This document shows positions 61,181 to 64,000 of a stretch of DNA of 64,000 nt, in pieces. Numbering within the stretch: the first letter of the stretch is position 1; each line of letters begins with the position of its first letter. Under the pieces are notes generated by a model, which saw only the letters and a list, made by a program, of their open reading frames with translations, made no database searches and was not told the DNA's origin. Source of the DNA: Holothuria leucospilota. Its lineage: Eukaryota. Made by a program: the position numbers and the translations under genes. The stretch covers positions 30,302,229-30,366,228 of the forward strand of contig CM055977.1 of NCBI GenBank assembly GCA_029531755.1, read 5' to 3'.

Positions 61181-64000
61181 TAGATCGCCCGTGTGAAAGA
61201 GCATTGCTAAAAACATCCGAATATATTTACATTAGTACATTTGAAAGACCTCCAAAAATTAAGAATTTTTTCCCCGATAATATTCGGCAACTTAGCGCGT
61301 GCTGCACTGACAGCCTCATGAACACGAATCATCGAGTTCGAAGCAACGTTGTTTCTTACGATCCTTGTACTGTACAAGGTAAATTACGTAGTAGCAGGCT
61401 ACAGTACAGTAGCTTGCATACTAGACACACCGCCCGACCCATTGCAAGTTGCGATAATGTTCGGCGTGCTACAGAGCCCTGCATGTACAGTACATATTAT
61501 ACTACGCAATGCTGTTCCTTCAGTTCAATACGGCATGCCTCCTTGAGTATGCCAAAAAGAAAATAAAAATCCTCGCCCAACGTTCAAACGTGTCACTATT
61601 GTGCAAATCAACATCTTCCCGCCATGTGTAAACTAACTAGATACGACTATAATAACGCTGTAAATATTAAAGAAAAGTTTCAAAATTAACTGTGCTATTG
61701 TATCTAACGTTAGTTTGCACCAAAATGACGATCGTAAAAATTGCAAAACTCCATGTGCAAGCTAATGTGAGTAGCCCGGATGTCAACACAAGGATAGCTA
61801 CGTAAGAACGCACGAAGCTGTCAGTGATAATGTGTACACCCTGTAGTCAGCAAATTTCACTAGCGTGACATCGTTTGTTTACATTCTGTAATTTCGGACG
61901 TGCAAGAGAATACTTACTTCTGAAGGCTCTGATTGGTTGACATGTTTAAATTGGTATAACCTAGACAGCTTCGAGTTAAGCTTGTTTTTTGAGTCGGAAA
62001 ACGCCCCAAAATTCAATGCAGTAGATAGACAGAGGCTTTACGAAGTACTGCATTTATTAATTGGCTGTTTTTATCAGGTTTCTCATATTGTTAATTTTCT
62101 ATTTGAAACGACACGATTTCGTTGTGAGAATTTTAGTCTTCTTGAACATGTGGTAACTACCACTCCGAGACAGGTCAAAAATCAGGCAAGTGTCATTACG
62201 TGCCTTACAAAATTGCTGCTTTACTTTATTATATCGGTTATCGGTATCTAATGAATATGGTGATCGGGTACCCGGGTTACTACGTTTTTGTACCCTTGCA
62301 AACACAAGTTTTATATTAGGCAAACAAACTGCAATTCACCAATTCAAAATTATCCTGGGTCCTTCAAAATAAGGCTCACCAGCAAAATCCTGTGGGTCTG
62401 GAGTGGCATTTTTTTTTTTTTTATTTTACCCCTGATGCCCAATACTTAAATTCAGACCCTGAGGCATAACTCAACAGAAGGACAAAAAAAGCTTTGAGAT
62501 TTAACTTGTCACTGCATTTTCCTGACTGTAGGCTTCGGCCCAACTATGTGCCATAGAAGAAGGAATATTGGTACATGGATGTCAGTTAATGGTTCCTTGG
62601 ACCCCTATTGGCATGCATCCATCGAGTGGCTCCGCCATATGTTACCCTGGACTTGGCCTGCTTTGTGTCCACAGTGGTGCATATGGTAGAAGGGAATAGA
62701 GCGCCAACTCTACCCTGAAGGAAGGGCGCCATGATGTTGCTGATGGGGGTTTTGTGGCAAGTTGAGATGCAGTCATTTTCATTTCTTCACTGATTTATAT
62801 GTCAGAAAACATATGGCCCCACTGTTTGTTGGCAGTGTGTCGCATGGGTAGAACACAGGGAGGGACACAGGGGGGGGGGACACAGAGCGTAAACCGAAAA
62901 GAATGATAAATTTAAATGAAACTTGTATATTTGGGTGTTTATTTTAATTAGGGTACCAGACTGTGACATGACTTTTATAGCCCTCATTTCATGTATCATA
63001 ATTTTTGATGTGAAACCATGGGTGGAATTGTTATATTTACTTGTTCACTGTAGGCTTAGGCCTAAATGATGTTGTACAAGTTGTTTTATGAATGTTCAGA
63101 TGACGTTTGACCTCAAAATAGCCCCATTGCACAGAAATTATAGGTTTCACAGTGTAACATGAACACCAAAAATATGTTTGTCCCACTAAGACTACTTATT
63201 GAGTTATTTTATATCATTTATGGGTTTTCTATAGTTAATCTGAGCAGTCTGAAGCTAAAACCTCTTGTGATTACTTAGTTAAGGGTTTCATCTCAATTCT
63301 GTAGTACAAACAATACGTTCCACGTGTAACCTAGATTGGGAGAACACCAAAGTAATCTTGTATGATATTTCAAATCATAAACTACAGATGCGCCAGGAAT
63401 AAACGTAAAAAACCGACCGGAGCGCTAGATACCAACCGCTGAAAACCCACAGTTTACCACGCTTTTGTCGACGTTGTTTCACTGAAATCTGCGGCTCATG
63501 GTTTTGGGCGGTTTGAATAGGACTAATCTGATAAGTCAAGTAACAGCCTACACAAAAGATTTCACCAATAAAATTCTTTACAATGAGGAGCGTAACACAA
63601 TAGCTGCATCGTCAGGTTTCATTGATCAGACTTCCTGTGTAATCGATAAGAAATGTTTATCACTAGGCCTTCGTTAATAGCGCAGAGGGTTGTTATCCGA
63701 TGGTTAGCATGTGCTGACAGAGTTTGGAAACGGTCGGACTATACCTAGTACTGTACGTCACTGAACCGTCCTGGTTTAGGCTTACGGGTTTGTGAAGTTT
63801 TAGGCCTAGGTACAGTAGCGTAGTTACTCAGGCCTGTTCATTCAAAGACACAGCCGTCACATACACACAACAAATTACAGTTTTATAGCAAAACGGCACA
63901 ACTTACTGTATACGTTTGATAATACTACACTCACAGTAAAGTTTTGCAATTGTCTTCCCTGTAAGGCTGCGTTATTACTTTGATCAACTTTTTTAGAATA

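Noticed and set aside
1-64000. Prokaryotic-style operon, defence-island or novel multi-gene system
   Set aside because: The sequence is eukaryotic. It has spliced genes, kilobase introns, SINE and LINE content, microsatellites and AT-rich intergenic DNA. The six-frame ORFs outside BUB3 and the LINE show no conserved protein motifs. I could not substantiate any cluster of co-oriented genes.

Overview
This is eukaryotic (metazoan) nuclear DNA, not prokaryotic. It has spliced exons with GT-AG introns, a tRNA-derived SINE, CR1/L2-like LINE pseudogene fragments, many MITEs and microsatellites, and several CpG-dense patches in an otherwise AT-rich background. The only protein-coding gene I can support is a complete BUB3 orthologue (WD40 mitotic checkpoint protein) on the minus strand. 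It has six coding exons between 46637 and 56018 and a conceptual product of 327 aa, which is nearly identical to vertebrate BUB3 over long stretches. The species cannot be determined from the sequence. The level of BUB3 conservation and the repeat content suggest an invertebrate deuterostome or similar marine invertebrate. The first ~45 kb (1-45 kb) is apparently gene-poor and is saturated with non-autonomous DNA transposons. Several of these are related MITE families that share GGCGTAGC-type terminal inverted repeats and a conserved ~90-bp core. There is also a 1.4-kb foldback-like element carrying ~60 copies of a 21-bp satellite, a 5'-truncated CR1-like LINE, a near-perfect 97-bp-arm palindrome, and compound microsatellites. 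BUB3 intron 2 carries two copies of a ~300-bp tRNA-derived SINE in inverted orientation. I found no rRNA genes, no bona fide tRNA genes and no CRISPR array. The tandem array at 30.2-31.5 kb is a satellite inside a TIR element. I do not see evidence for a novel multi-gene system here. The most interesting material is the unusual repeat architecture around a housekeeping gene. The listed six-frame ORFs outside BUB3 and the LINE are almost all translation artefacts of repeats or random ORFs.
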